A DNA stretch of 64,000 bases, taken from contig VGTH01000009.1 in the NCBI GenBank assembly GCA_016874755.1, positions 4,933 through 68,932 of the forward strand, given 5' to 3'. Numbering within the stretch: position 1 is the first letter of the stretch; each line of letters begins with the position of its first letter. The notes below the pieces were generated by a model. That model saw only the letters and a program-made list of their open reading frames with translations. It searched no databases and was not told the DNA's origin. A program made the position numbers and the translations under genes. Below are positions 40,775 through 51,086 of the stretch, piece by piece. Origin of the DNA: Deltaproteobacteria bacterium. Lineage in GTDB: Bacteria > Desulfobacterota > Binatia > UBA9968.

Positions 40775-42202
40775 TCAATCTCCCATGCCTCTAACAAACT
40801 GCCTCATGCGCTCTGCCGGCGCCTGATCGTTGTATTGGCCATAGAGTCGTTGGCGCATCCGGTCCACTTCGCCGCTTTGCAAGCGCTCGTAGAGTTGGCT
40901 GCGCTTGCCGAACGGCGTCATCACCATGTCGGCGGCAACCGCCATCAAACGTAAATGTTCTTTCGTATCCTTCGCGCCACCGCGAAAATAGCGCTCGACG
41001 AACGGACCGATGTCTTTGTTAGATAAGTCCGAGGCACCGCCGCTCAGCATGAGCGTACTAGTTAACAAACCTTCCATCGTCCTCTCTGCCCGGTCGGAGG
41101 CTTCGATGCTGTGCACGCGGTAGGCCGCGCTCAGGGTCGGCGCCCAGGTGCCGCCCGCACTGCGATAGCCGGTCTCTTCGGCGACTTTCATGCAGCAGCG
41201 CAGGATTTCAATGTCCTGCATCAAGCTCGACAATAGGATCTGCGACGGCGCGGTCGTGTTGCGCTTGGCGATTTCCGTCAGCAACTGCGCGACACCGAGA
41301 AAAGCCTCGAGCTTGGTGATCAAGCGCAGCATCGTCGAGTACTGTCCCCAGGTGTGAATGTAGTTGATACCGGCCAAGAGCTTCGGATCTTTGTAAACGA
41401 AAATCCGCTCCCACGGCACGACGACATCGTCGAAAATCAACGCCGCATCGACCTCGTCGAAGCGTGTCGTTAGCGGTTGTCGCTCCGGGTCGGCGTGTTC
41501 GGCGTAGAGATCGCGGCAGAGGATCTTCAATCCCGGCGCATTCATCGGAATCGCAAAGGCTATCGCATAGTCTTGCTCGTTGGCTTCGCGCGGCCGGTTC
41601 GGGTAAACGATAACTTCGTCAGAGATCGGCGCCAGGGTTGCAAGCGTGCGCAGCCCACGCACCACCGCACCCTCTTTCTTCTCGCCGACGATATGTAATA
41701 TCAGGTCAGGATCTTCCTGCGCGCCCACCGGCTTGGTGCGGTCGTAGTATTGATCCGTAAGCGCGTGAGTCAGGCACAAGTCGTTGCGGCTGACATAGCG
41801 ATGGTAGGCACGAGCGTTCTCCGCCCACTGTTTGTTGGTCTTCTCGATAATAGTCGACCAGTCAAACAAACCAACGATTAGCTCAGCAACGAATTCGGGG
41901 TAGCGCCCCATCTGGCCAAACGTCGCCTTCGCCCAATATTCGATGTTGCGCCGCTTTAGTAAAAGCTCCTCGGCGTTCTTCGGCGGCAAGTAGCTGTACG
42001 AAATCCGTTCGCCTTCGTGATCCAGCGTCATGATATCGCGGCTTTTTGGATCGTGTTGTTGATCGTACAAGTCAGCCAGCGTTTTGATCGTGCCGGTAAA
42101 GCCCGAATGCGTCGTCACGTCTAAAATACGCTTACCGGCGTACCAGACCTCACGGCCGTCGCGCAGCCCTTTGATGTAATCTGCCCCTTTTCTTAGTGCC
42201 AT
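40775..42202 (-). CDS. 4-hydroxyphenylacetate 3-monooxygenase oxygenase-component family protein (HpaB-like)
   Basis: ~475 aa from MALRKGADYIKGLRDGREVWY, HpaB-like N-terminus and length. Confidence 0.8.
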   Translation of the reverse strand: MALRKGADYIKGLRDGREVWYAGKRILDVTTHSGFTGTIKTLADLYDQQHDPKSRDIMTLDHEGERISYSYLPPKNAEELLLKRRNIEYWAKATFGQMGRYPEFVAELIVGLFDWSTIIEKTNKQWAENARAYHRYVSRNDLCLTHALTDQYYDRTKPVGAQEDPDLILHIVGEKKEGAVVRGLRTLATLAPISDEVIVYPNRPREANEQDYAIAFAIPMNAPGLKILCRDLYAEHADPERQPLTTRFDEVDAALIFDDVVVPWERIFVYKDPKLLAGINYIHTWGQYSTMLRLITKLEAFLGVAQLLTEIAKRNTTAPSQILLSSLMQDIEILRCCMKVAEETGYRSAGGTWAPTLSAAYRVHSIEASDRAERTMEGLLTSTLMLSGGASDLSNKDIGPFVERYFRGGAKDTKEHLRLMAVAADMVMTPFGKRSQLYERLQSGEVDRMRQRLYGQYNDQAPAERMRQFVRGMGD

Positions 42203-42330
42203 TAAGACAGTCCCCCGAACAATTATGATTCCCCCCTTTGTAAAAGGGGGGGCAAGGGGGGATTTTCTTGCGCGCACAAACTACAAATCCCCCTCTACCC
42301 CCCCTTTTTCAAAGGGGGAAGTCAGATGCA

Positions 42331-43302
42331 TTACTTCTTCAGCGCATCCGCATTCACGACATTGATCGGATTCCCCGCAGCGAATGCGGCCAGTTCGTCG
42401 ATGATCGTCGTGTAGAAATTGTGATAGCCTTCCTCGGTGACGTAGCCGAGGTGCGGCGTGCAAACCACGTTGTCCATTTTGAGCAGCGCATGATTCGCCC
42501 CGACCACCGGCTCTTCCTCGTACACGTCAGTGGCGGCCAAGCCCGGCCGACCGCTCTTCAGCGCTTCGACCAATGCGCCGTCAGCCACCAATCCCATGCG
42601 GCTTGGGTTGACGAATAGTGCTGTCGGTTTCATGCGCTTCAAATCTGCTACTTTGACGATGCCGCGAGTGTCTTTGTTGAGCGGCAGGTGCAAACTGATC
42701 ACGTCGCACTCGGAGAAAAACGCTTCGCGGCTGGCGGCAAATTCATAACCCGCCTCCGCGGCCCGCTTTTTGGTGGTCTCGCGCCCCCAGCAGACTACGC
42801 GCATGCCGAAGGCTTTGCCAACGGCGGCGACAATGCCACCGATTTTGCCAAGCGCGTAGATTCCCAACGTCTTGTCCCTCACTTCCACGCCGACGGTTGA
42901 CTGCCATTTCCCTTCGCGGAGCTGCTTGACCTCGAACGGCAACTTGCGCAGCGAGCACAGAATTAGGCCCCAGGTTAACTCGGCAGTCGAATTCGACCGC
43001 CCCGAGCCGGCAGCACAGACGGCAACGCCCCTTTCGCTACAGGCAGCAACATCGATGTGTGCGGTGCCGGAGCCGGTCTGGCAAATCACTTTCAAATTAG
43101 GCAGCCGCTCGATGACCGCGCGCGGGAAACTCGAGCGCTGTTGCGTCAGAACGAGGGCGTTGGCGTCTTTCAGCCGGTCAGCTAAACGCGCCGGATCTTT
43201 CTCCGTATCGGTGAACGCAACGATCTCATGCCCTGCAAGCTTTGCCACGGCTTTCTGCTTGCGAAACGCGTCTTGATAATCGTCGAGGATAGCTATTTTC
43301 AT
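42331..43302 (-). CDS. D-isomer-specific 2-hydroxyacid dehydrogenase
   Basis: 323 aa; NAD-binding GxGxxG (ALGKIGGIVA) and catalytic His/Glu/Arg region. Confidence 0.85.
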   Translation of the reverse strand: MKIAILDDYQDAFRKQKAVAKLAGHEIVAFTDTEKDPARLADRLKDANALVLTQQRSSFPRAVIERLPNLKVICQTGSGTAHIDVAACSERGVAVCAAGSGRSNSTAELTWGLILCSLRKLPFEVKQLREGKWQSTVGVEVRDKTLGIYALGKIGGIVAAVGKAFGMRVVCWGRETTKKRAAEAGYEFAASREAFFSECDVISLHLPLNKDTRGIVKVADLKRMKPTALFVNPSRMGLVADGALVEALKSGRPGLAATDVYEEEPVVGANHALLKMDNVVCTPHLGYVTEEGYHNFYTTIIDELAAFAAGNPINVVNADALKK

Positions 43303-43531
43303 AATCTCTTCTGCCTTTCTGTTGACGTAGAGTTAGCGCCGTTGACTCGCTCACCACCGTGTGGCGAAACAATCTTGAACCGAGTGAGAACTTGAAACCC
43401 GAAACGCGAAACCCGGAACTGTTTCTTACTGGCATTCACGCGCCGCTGTCAACCAATGCCGCCCGCCTTGACAGCCTTCGCACGAGTGCGTTACATCGCG
43501 ATACGTACATTGTTCGTGGACCGGAGAACCC

Positions 43532-44533
43532 ATGCGTAGATTTTCGTCTAGTTTACTCGCGCTGCTTGCCGTTGTCTTGCTCGACGTTGCCGCCCATGGC
43601 CAAGAGCGTTTCCGAGTCGCCTACGGTGGCTTCAACGAAACTGCGAGTTCGATGTGGATCGGGAGCGAGCGCGGCTTCTTCAAGAAATACGGCATCGATG
43701 CGCAGATGATCCAGGTGCGCAGCGGCGCTTTGAGCATCGCGACCACTGTCGCGAAAGAAGTCGAAGCGGTCTGGGCTGCGCAGTCAACCATCCTCAGCAC
43801 CGTCTCGGGTGGCATCAAGATGACTTGTGTCGCCGGTCCCGTCAATAAAATTCCCCGCAATCTCATGGTCCGCAAAGAAGTGCGCCATGCGGAAGATCTG
43901 CGCGGCAAAACCGTCGGCGTCCAAAGCATCGGCGGCGGCTTGTGGCTGCAGACGATGATCATTCTCGATCATCTGGGCGTCGATCCCGATAAGTATGGCA
44001 TCAAGGTGCGCATCATCGGCGACGAAGCGACCATGGCCCAAGCGATGATAACCAACAATATTGACTTCGGCGTGATCACCTACGGCCTGAGCGAAACGCT
44101 GTACCCGCAGGGTTTCAAATCGTTGATCGATGCCGCTGAAATCACCGCACCTTACCAGGGGCCGGAGATCTGCGGGCTGAAGGAATCGGTCACCAGCCGC
44201 AACGACTTCTATCAACGCGTCACGCGCGCGCTTGCCGAGTCGGTCGCCTACATCCTCGACGATAACAACAAGGCGGACGTGACCAGGGTCGTGGCCAAGA
44301 ATCTGCGATTGAACAAGCCCGAGGTCATCGAAGGGTCGTACCGAGTGCTGCGCAAAATGACCACGCTGGACATGGCGCCCAACGCCGCAGCGTTCAAGTC
44401 GGTGCAGCGCATTTTGGCGCGCATCAACCCGAAGATCACCCAGGTCGATCTCAATGAGGTGATCGACACGAGCTTTGTGCGCAACCTGGAGTCGACAGGC
44501 TTTCTCCCCGAGCTGAGGAAAAAACTGAAATAG
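43532..44533 (+). CDS. ABC transporter substrate-binding protein, NMT1/SsuA/TauA-like
   Basis: 333 aa, signal peptide, NMT1-type fold. Confidence 0.7.
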   Translation: MRRFSSSLLALLAVVLLDVAAHGQERFRVAYGGFNETASSMWIGSERGFFKKYGIDAQMIQVRSGALSIATTVAKEVEAVWAAQSTILSTVSGGIKMTCVAGPVNKIPRNLMVRKEVRHAEDLRGKTVGVQSIGGGLWLQTMIILDHLGVDPDKYGIKVRIIGDEATMAQAMITNNIDFGVITYGLSETLYPQGFKSLIDAAEITAPYQGPEICGLKESVTSRNDFYQRVTRALAESVAYILDDNNKADVTRVVAKNLRLNKPEVIEGSYRVLRKMTTLDMAPNAAAFKSVQRILARINPKITQVDLNEVIDTSFVRNLESTGFLPELRKKLK

Positions 44534-44602
44534 CGAAAATGATCCGACCGATCGGCCGGATCGATAGGATCCGTCAGATCTCGTTAACAAACCGGAGGAC
44601 CA

Positions 44603-45142
44603 ATGGGCCAACTACCAAGCCTGACGCGCGAGCAACTCTCGTCGGAAAACCAAAAACTCTGGGACGGCATTTACTCCGGGCGCACGCCTGGCGGCGGCCC
44701 CTACGCGGTGCTGATGCACTCGCCGCAGATGGCTGCGCATTTCTCGGCTGTTGAAGACCATTTCCGCAATCACGGCAAGCTCGACCCGGTCGACAAAGAG
44801 CTGATCATTCTCGCCATCGCGCGGGCCATGAACGTGCGCTACCCGTGGAGCCGCCATGAGATTCGCGCCAAGCAAGTCGGCATGCGCCCGGAAGCGCTGG
44901 AGACTTTGCGCGCCAACACGCATCTCGATGCCTTGAACGCGCACGAGCGCCTGGTGGTTGAAATGACCCGCACTCTTTTACATGAGCGCAAGATGCCCGA
45001 TGAGATGTTCGCCCGCGTGCAAAAAGAGCTCGGCAATGAGCGCTTGGTCGAAGCCGTCGGTTTGGTCGCTCACTACAATTTTATCTCGATGGTCGCGCGC
45101 ACGTTCGACCTGGACGCGCCGCCGGGGACGGTGACTTTCTAA
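44603..45142 (+). CDS. Carboxymuconolactone decarboxylase (CMD/AhpD-like) family protein
   Basis: 179 aa, two CMD half-domains. Confidence 0.75.
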   Translation: MGQLPSLTREQLSSENQKLWDGIYSGRTPGGGPYAVLMHSPQMAAHFSAVEDHFRNHGKLDPVDKELIILAIARAMNVRYPWSRHEIRAKQVGMRPEALETLRANTHLDALNAHERLVVEMTRTLLHERKMPDEMFARVQKELGNERLVEAVGLVAHYNFISMVARTFDLDAPPGTVTF

Positions 45143-45249
45143 GCAGGTGAGAATGGGAGCCGTTCATATCGTCAGGGCGGGCGCGATGAATCGCGCCCCT
45201 ACTCCGAACTTTGCGTTCTTTGCGCGAGAAATTCCGGAGCGCTTCCTTC

Positions 45250-46935
45250 TCAGCAGCTCCGCAGCACCTGCCCCGCAAAACTCCCCGTGTGCGTGCCGTT
45301 TTGCATCATCAGCTTGCCGTTGACGATCGTCCAGTGAACGCCTTTGGCGTGTTGAATGAAACGCGGCGCACCTTCGGGGAGATCGTTCACACGCTCAGGT
45401 TTTTCTTGATCGATGGTCGCGGGATCGAAGACGAAGACATCAGCTGCCAGACCGGCGCGCAAGAGTCCCCGGTCGTGGAAGCCAAAGACCGACGCCGGCA
45501 TGAAAGTTAGTTTCTTAACCGCTTCTTCTAACGGCATAACACCGCGCTGGCGCACCCAATAGCTCAGCAAAAAGGTCGCGTAGCCAAAGCCCGGGTTACC
45601 GTTGGCGACATGGGCACCGGCATCGGACTGCCCGAGCAGCACATACGGACTGCAAAAGATCTCTCGCACGGCCTTCTCGTCCCCTTGGGTAACAGAATCT
45701 TCGAAGACAGTTTCGAGCTCTTCGCTCAGGGCAAGATCGAAGAGGGCATCGACATCTGACTTGCCCTGCAAATGGGCAATTTCGGCGATGCTTTTGCCTT
45801 GATAGTTCTGATTCCAACTGGTCTTATTGACGAACACTAAATCCCAGCGGCGCGAGAAGTTAAGCCGGAATTTGCGATCGCCGACCTCACCGGCAAGCCG
45901 CGCCCGCACGCCGGCATCGCGTAGCTGCGCTTTTCGCTCAGCCAGCGGCAGCAGCATCACGTTCTTCCAACTCGGCAGTGCATCGAAGCGATCGCCTTCT
46001 TTCAAATTCCAACGCCTGATCGCTAATCTCGTCGAAGTCATCGCATAGGCCGCCGCGCCGCGGCGCACCCGCTCTTCGACGTCGTCCAACTGTTTGCGCC
46101 ACAAATCAGGATCGCTCCAGCGATGGCGGATGCTTTCGCCGATCAATGGCCTGCCGCTTTCTCCAGGAATCGCGTCGTACCAACTCTTGAGCTGAGCAAC
46201 ATGCTCCGGCGTCGCAAACGCGCCGTGGGTAAGCTGCACGACGCCGCGATGGCTCTCGCCGAGTGCGCGGCTCAGCTGCGCGATCTCATTTAAATCCGCG
46301 AAGCGGCTCGCCACCGGTTTACCGTCTTCACGATAGTGGGTTTGATTGGAATTGGTCGAGAAGCCGAACGCACCGGCCTTCATACCGTCGCGTACAAGCT
46401 GCGCCATTTGGTCAATCTCGCCCTCGTTCGCAACCCGTTCGACGGCGGCTTCACCCATGACGTACTGGCGCACCGCGCAGTGACCCACCAATGTTGCGAC
46501 GTTGACTGCCAGCGGTCGCCGCTCCAAAGCGTTCAGATATTCACCATGGGTCGTCCACTCCCACGGAATGCCGGCTTGCAACGTGTGGCGCGGCATCGCT
46601 TCCACGCGCACGAAAGTACCGATGAGCGCATCGCGCCCCTCAGGTTTGCAGGGCGCCAGCGTCAGGCCGCAGTTGCCGGTGACCACTGTGGTCACGCCAT
46701 GTTCGCTCGATGATGACGCGAGCGGGTCCCACATGAGCTGCGCGTCGAAGTGGGTGTGAAAATCGATCAATCCAGGCGCGACAGCAAGGCCGGAGACATC
46801 CAACACTTGCGCTGCCGATTCGTTGACTCGGCCGATCGCCGCAATGCGGCCGTCCTTGATTGCCACGTCGCCAACGAACGACGGCATGCCGGAGCCATCG
46901 TAAATTCGCCCGTTCCTCAAAATTAGATCATGCAT
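45250..46935 (-). CDS. N-acyl-D-amino-acid deacylase (D-aminoacylase) family amidohydrolase
   Basis: ~561 aa from MHDLILRNGRIYDGSG; HxH (DFHTHFD) metal site. Confidence 0.8.
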   Translation of the reverse strand: MHDLILRNGRIYDGSGMPSFVGDVAIKDGRIAAIGRVNESAAQVLDVSGLAVAPGLIDFHTHFDAQLMWDPLASSSSEHGVTTVVTGNCGLTLAPCKPEGRDALIGTFVRVEAMPRHTLQAGIPWEWTTHGEYLNALERRPLAVNVATLVGHCAVRQYVMGEAAVERVANEGEIDQMAQLVRDGMKAGAFGFSTNSNQTHYREDGKPVASRFADLNEIAQLSRALGESHRGVVQLTHGAFATPEHVAQLKSWYDAIPGESGRPLIGESIRHRWSDPDLWRKQLDDVEERVRRGAAAYAMTSTRLAIRRWNLKEGDRFDALPSWKNVMLLPLAERKAQLRDAGVRARLAGEVGDRKFRLNFSRRWDLVFVNKTSWNQNYQGKSIAEIAHLQGKSDVDALFDLALSEELETVFEDSVTQGDEKAVREIFCSPYVLLGQSDAGAHVANGNPGFGYATFLLSYWVRQRGVMPLEEAVKKLTFMPASVFGFHDRGLLRAGLAADVFVFDPATIDQEKPERVNDLPEGAPRFIQHAKGVHWTIVNGKLMMQNGTHTGSFAGQVLRSC

Positions 46936-47130
46936 AGCGCCTCCGTGGAGGGATGATTGGAACCGGCGCAACTATAGTCCGACGCACGAAATCGCCGCAA
47001 GCGAATTATTTGCAAGGCTTCAATGTATCCATGAACATCGGATGGCTCGAATCCGTTTGCTCTTAAGGTTATACAAACAGAAAGAGCATCGAGCGGTACT
47101 TGCACCGATAGCGAAAGGCAATCCGAAGGA

Positions 47131-47173
47131 GAAAAAAACCAGAGTATTCGCGGGTTGGGAACTAACCCCGCCC
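47131..47173 (-). terminator. Rho-independent terminator candidate after the MshE-like ATPase gene
   Basis: Hairpin GCGGGTTGGGAACTAACCCCGC; on minus strand followed by a T7 run (plus-strand GAAAAAAACC). Confidence 0.4.
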
Positions 47174-47229
47174 TTTGGAAACCCCACTTCGAAGCGTGGG
47201 TGCATCGACAAGGTCAGGAGATGACCTTG

Positions 47230-49368
47230 CTAACGCATGGCAACGGCTTTCACTTGGTTGTAGTCAGTCCAGCCTTGCAAAACCTTCAAGACACCATCTT
47301 GCACCAATGTCGTCATGCCCTCGGCAAGCGCGAGCTTGTGCAACTCAGCCACCGTGGCGCGGCTGTGGATCCATTGCTTGACCCTTTCCGTGTTGATCAG
47401 GAGCTCGTGCAGTCCAATGCGACCACGGTAGCCGCTGTCGCGGCAGGCAGGACAGCCTTTGCCACGATATAAGAAAAAGCTCTCATCGTATGCGATCTCT
47501 AACTTAGCGAAGGCTTCTTCGCCGTAGCCGTAGATTAAGGCATCGTACTCATCCCGGGTCGGGTGATACTTTTCCCTGCAGCTCTCACAAATGCAGCGCG
47601 CCAGCCGTTGCGCCAGCACACCGAGCAGCGAATCGGCAAAATTAAACGGGTCAACGCCCATTTCCGGCAAGCGAGTCACCGTTTCCACGGAACTATTGGT
47701 GTGAAGCGTCGACAACACTAGATGCCCAGTGAGCGATGCCTCGATGGCCACATCGGCAGTTTCACGATCGCGGATCTCGCCGACCATAATAACGTCCGGG
47801 TCGGCGCGCAAAAACGCCCGCATGGCGGTGGCGAATGTGAAGCCGATTTTGGAATTCACCTGCACCTGGCGCAGCCCCGGCTGCGTCAACTCCACGGGAT
47901 CTTCCGCCGTCCAGATCTTACGATGGGTTTCGTTGATAGCACTCAGGGCTGAGTGCAGCGTCGTGGTTTTTCCCGAACCGGTGGGACCAACGCAGAGAAT
48001 CAATCCATAGGGCTTTGCCAAGATTGTGCGAAACTCACGGAGGTTGCGCGCGATCATGTGCAGTTCGTCGAGGGGCAGCGGTTTTTCCGCGGTGAGCAGC
48101 CGGAGCACAACGTCTTCGTTGCCTAAGCCGGCCGTGGGGATCGTCGCGACGCGCAGCTCGATGCTGCGGTCGCGCAGGCGGAATTTGATCTTGCCGTCCT
48201 GCGGCTTGCGCCGCTCGGCAATGTCGATGCCCGCCATGATCTTAAGCCGCGATACCAGGGCGCGACGATACGCGGACGGGACCCGCAGATATTCAAAACA
48301 ACGGCCGTCAACGCGGAAGCGGATCAACGTTTCAAGTTGCCCGCCCTGCGGCTCGATGTGAATGTCAGACACCCCCTGTTTTGAAGCCTCCGAGATGATC
48401 TGGTTCACCAACCTGACGACACCGCTGTCGTTTTCGTTGACCAGAACCTCTTCCTTAACCTCTTTCTGTTCATCCCAATCGGCTTCCTCCAGTTGACCCA
48501 AGATCGCGCTTAGGGACTCGACCCGTGCTTTGCTCTCCGCTGGCCCGTTGATTGAATTAATGTACCTCAAGATATCGTCGCGCAATCCAACTCGGCGCTC
48601 TATCTCTTTGCCTGGAAACAGGCGCTGGATGTCTTGAACCTTTGTGTGCGCATAGGGATCGTCAAGCAACACAACGACCGATTTGTCCGTCACCCGCAGC
48701 GGCACCCAGAAGTTGGCTTTGAGATAGCTCAGGTTGACACCGCGCAATTGCTCGCGGGCGACAGTCTGCTTCTCGTCAAACTCCATGAATGGACAGCGAT
48801 AGTACACGCTCAGCGCCACGCCGATTTCCTTGCGGCCGACGCGGTAGCGTTCCATGAGAATATTTTCCACCGGGACGGCCATGCGTTGCGCGTCTTTTTG
48901 AGCGGCATCAACCTCCGCTTGCTGCAAACGCCCAGCTATGACCAAAGCGTCGAACTTGCCGCGCGGCTGTTTCGCACCGTTGCCGTCGCTTTGTGATTGC
49001 TCATAAAGTGCCCGGATCAACGTGGCTTCATCGATCAAGCCCTTCTCCATCATCACCGCGCCGAGCTTTTTACGCGGGTTCTGTTTGCGCTGATGTTCGA
49101 GGGCGTCTTGAAGTTGTGCCGCGTTGATCAAGCCCAGGTGCGCCAACAGCTCGCCGAGGGGAATGCGCTTATGGTGCTTCATCAATACAGTGCCAAGTTG
49201 CTGCGTCGAAACGAAGCCCAGCGCGACGCAGACCTTGCCCAGTGGCATCGTCGGACATTCTTTCTTCTGTGCCTCGAGTCCGCGGGCCAGCTGTTCTTTG
49301 CTCAAGAATCCCTCACGAGCCAAGATTTCACCGATCTTAGGATTGCTTAATGGAATCGTCTGCAACAT
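47230..49368 (-). CDS. GspE/PilB-family secretion ATPase with N-terminal tandem MshEN-type (T2SSE_N) motifs
   Basis: 712 aa; Walker A GPTGSGKTTTL, Asp/His boxes, C-terminal tetracysteine (CESC...CPAC); N-terminus has four ~24-residue xLGxxLxxxGxxxxxxLxxALxxQ repeats. Confidence 0.85.
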   Translation of the reverse strand: MLQTIPLSNPKIGEILAREGFLSKEQLARGLEAQKKECPTMPLGKVCVALGFVSTQQLGTVLMKHHKRIPLGELLAHLGLINAAQLQDALEHQRKQNPRKKLGAVMMEKGLIDEATLIRALYEQSQSDGNGAKQPRGKFDALVIAGRLQQAEVDAAQKDAQRMAVPVENILMERYRVGRKEIGVALSVYYRCPFMEFDEKQTVAREQLRGVNLSYLKANFWVPLRVTDKSVVVLLDDPYAHTKVQDIQRLFPGKEIERRVGLRDDILRYINSINGPAESKARVESLSAILGQLEEADWDEQKEVKEEVLVNENDSGVVRLVNQIISEASKQGVSDIHIEPQGGQLETLIRFRVDGRCFEYLRVPSAYRRALVSRLKIMAGIDIAERRKPQDGKIKFRLRDRSIELRVATIPTAGLGNEDVVLRLLTAEKPLPLDELHMIARNLREFRTILAKPYGLILCVGPTGSGKTTTLHSALSAINETHRKIWTAEDPVELTQPGLRQVQVNSKIGFTFATAMRAFLRADPDVIMVGEIRDRETADVAIEASLTGHLVLSTLHTNSSVETVTRLPEMGVDPFNFADSLLGVLAQRLARCICESCREKYHPTRDEYDALIYGYGEEAFAKLEIAYDESFFLYRGKGCPACRDSGYRGRIGLHELLINTERVKQWIHSRATVAELHKLALAEGMTTLVQDGVLKVLQGWTDYNQVKAVAMR

Positions 49369-49537
49369 GATTGTTCTGGAAATGCTCGCGTGATCAGAGT
49401 TCTCTCAAATCATTTCATCGGTAACTGATGCCAAAAGCTTAGCATGGCGGCTTGGGGCTCCATGCTTTTCATGCGAGATGTTAACCACTGTCGAGACTTT
49501 GACAGAGGCTGCGATCAACAAACCTGAAAAGGATTTT

Positions 49538-50677
49538 ATGATTTCGATCATTCGGGTATTTGGGAATTTTCTCTGCGCGCTCGCAGTGCCGCTGTTGTTT
49601 GCTCCTGCGCTCGTATTCGGCGCCGAGTCACGTCCCGGTTGGCAAGCCGATTGGGACAAGACGGTGAAAGCCGCCGAAGAAGAAGGCGGCCTAAACATCT
49701 ATATGACCTCCGCCTTTGAGTCAGTCTTTCGTGAAGCTTTCCAAAAAAAATTCCCCAAGATCAAAGTCTCGACGGTCGTTGGCCGCGGCTTTCAGCTAGG
49801 GCAGCGTGTCATGAACGAACGGCGCGGCGACAAATACATTCCCGATCTCTGCATCACAGGCAACATCACGCCGCTGACGGTTTTCCACAAGGCAAAAATC
49901 CTGGAGCCGATCAAACCTTTGTTGGTTTGGCCCGAAGTTGTGAACGAATCGGTCTGGTACGACCGCAAGCACAACTACAACGACCCGGAGGGGCGCTACA
50001 TTTTTGTCTTCGAGGGCACGCCGCGCGCCGGCGACATCACTTTCAATACCAAAATGGTCAATGCCAACGAGATTCGCTCCTATTGGAATCTTCTCGACCC
50101 CAAGTGGAAAGGAAAGATCGTCACCATCGACCCGCTAGTTGCCGGGCCGATCAACACGCCGCAAATCTATTTTTATAAACACCCCGACCTCGGCCCGGAG
50201 TTTCTCCGCCGGCTCTACGCTGAAACCGACATGACCGTGGTCCGCTCCGACGACCAGTTGATCGACTGGCTCAGCACGGGTAGATACGCACTCGGGTTTG
50301 GCGCGCGCGACGTCGACAAGGCGATTTCCCAGGGGCTGCCGGTGAATCAGTTCGTTTCCAACCACATGAAAGAAGGCGCGTCGCTCGCCACCTACAACGG
50401 CACCTTGAGTTTCTTCAATCGCGCGCCTCACCCAAATGCCGCGAAGGTTGCGGTGAACTGGCTGTTATCCAAAGAAGGCCAGAGCATCTGGCTCGATCAC
50501 AACGCCCGAACTTTCGGCCAATATGACTCCCTGCGCGAAGACATTGCCAAGGACAAAGTCCTGGATTCGGCGAAGCGCGTCAAAGGCGGACGCTATCTGT
50601 GGATTAAGACCGAATGGATCGAAGAGTTGGACACGATACGCGAGTTAATCAAAAAGGCACTGCCGGCGAAGTCTTAG
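49538..50677 (+). CDS. Periplasmic solute-binding protein (extracellular solute-binding family 1, Fe(3+)-type)
   Basis: ~379 aa from MISIIRVF, signal peptide. Confidence 0.6.
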   Translation: MISIIRVFGNFLCALAVPLLFAPALVFGAESRPGWQADWDKTVKAAEEEGGLNIYMTSAFESVFREAFQKKFPKIKVSTVVGRGFQLGQRVMNERRGDKYIPDLCITGNITPLTVFHKAKILEPIKPLLVWPEVVNESVWYDRKHNYNDPEGRYIFVFEGTPRAGDITFNTKMVNANEIRSYWNLLDPKWKGKIVTIDPLVAGPINTPQIYFYKHPDLGPEFLRRLYAETDMTVVRSDDQLIDWLSTGRYALGFGARDVDKAISQGLPVNQFVSNHMKEGASLATYNGTLSFFNRAPHPNAAKVAVNWLLSKEGQSIWLDHNARTFGQYDSLREDIAKDKVLDSAKRVKGGRYLWIKTEWIEELDTIRELIKKALPAKS

Positions 50678-50681
50678 GCTG

Positions 50682-50937
50682 AACTGTTCATGCGACGGGG
50701 AAAACCCATGGCACTCTGTCGATCGAAGTGGACCTCTGGAGGAGCGAAGGCATCAGCGCGAATCGTTCGGTTTGATTCGCCGAGGCTTGGTATATCTTCG
50801 ACCTTTCCAACGCCATTCGCAGAGCCGGGCGACCGCCGGTCGCCCCTACAGGACGGCGTCGAAGCGGATATCTGTTGCCTTCGCTCCGGAAGAGTTTCAC
50901 TTCGATCGCGTCGCAGCGATGAGTAATCAGGGTTAGG
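50682..50937. repeat. 258-bp structured intergenic repeat, copy B
   Basis: ~90% identical to 40345-40603; same hairpin arms and REP-like palindrome 50827-50846. Confidence 0.7.
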
Positions 50938-51086
50938 CTGCTAAAAACTTGCGACTGACTCGCGGCGAACGGATCGGAGATTGAAATCGTTGAAAACAAT
51001 CCATTCATCTGGCTTGTCGAAGCATTCTTATGAGTTTTGCATCGGCCTGCTGGACACGCGATATTTAGACTAGGCGAAGGAATAAT

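Noticed and set aside
40338-40778. 146-aa and 95-aa ORFs (and ORF 50688-51095) spanning the 258-bp repeats
   Set aside because: They are encoded entirely by the repeat or hairpin sequence and have arginine/proline-rich low-complexity translations. Near-identical ORFs in both copies come from nucleotide identity, not protein-level conservation.
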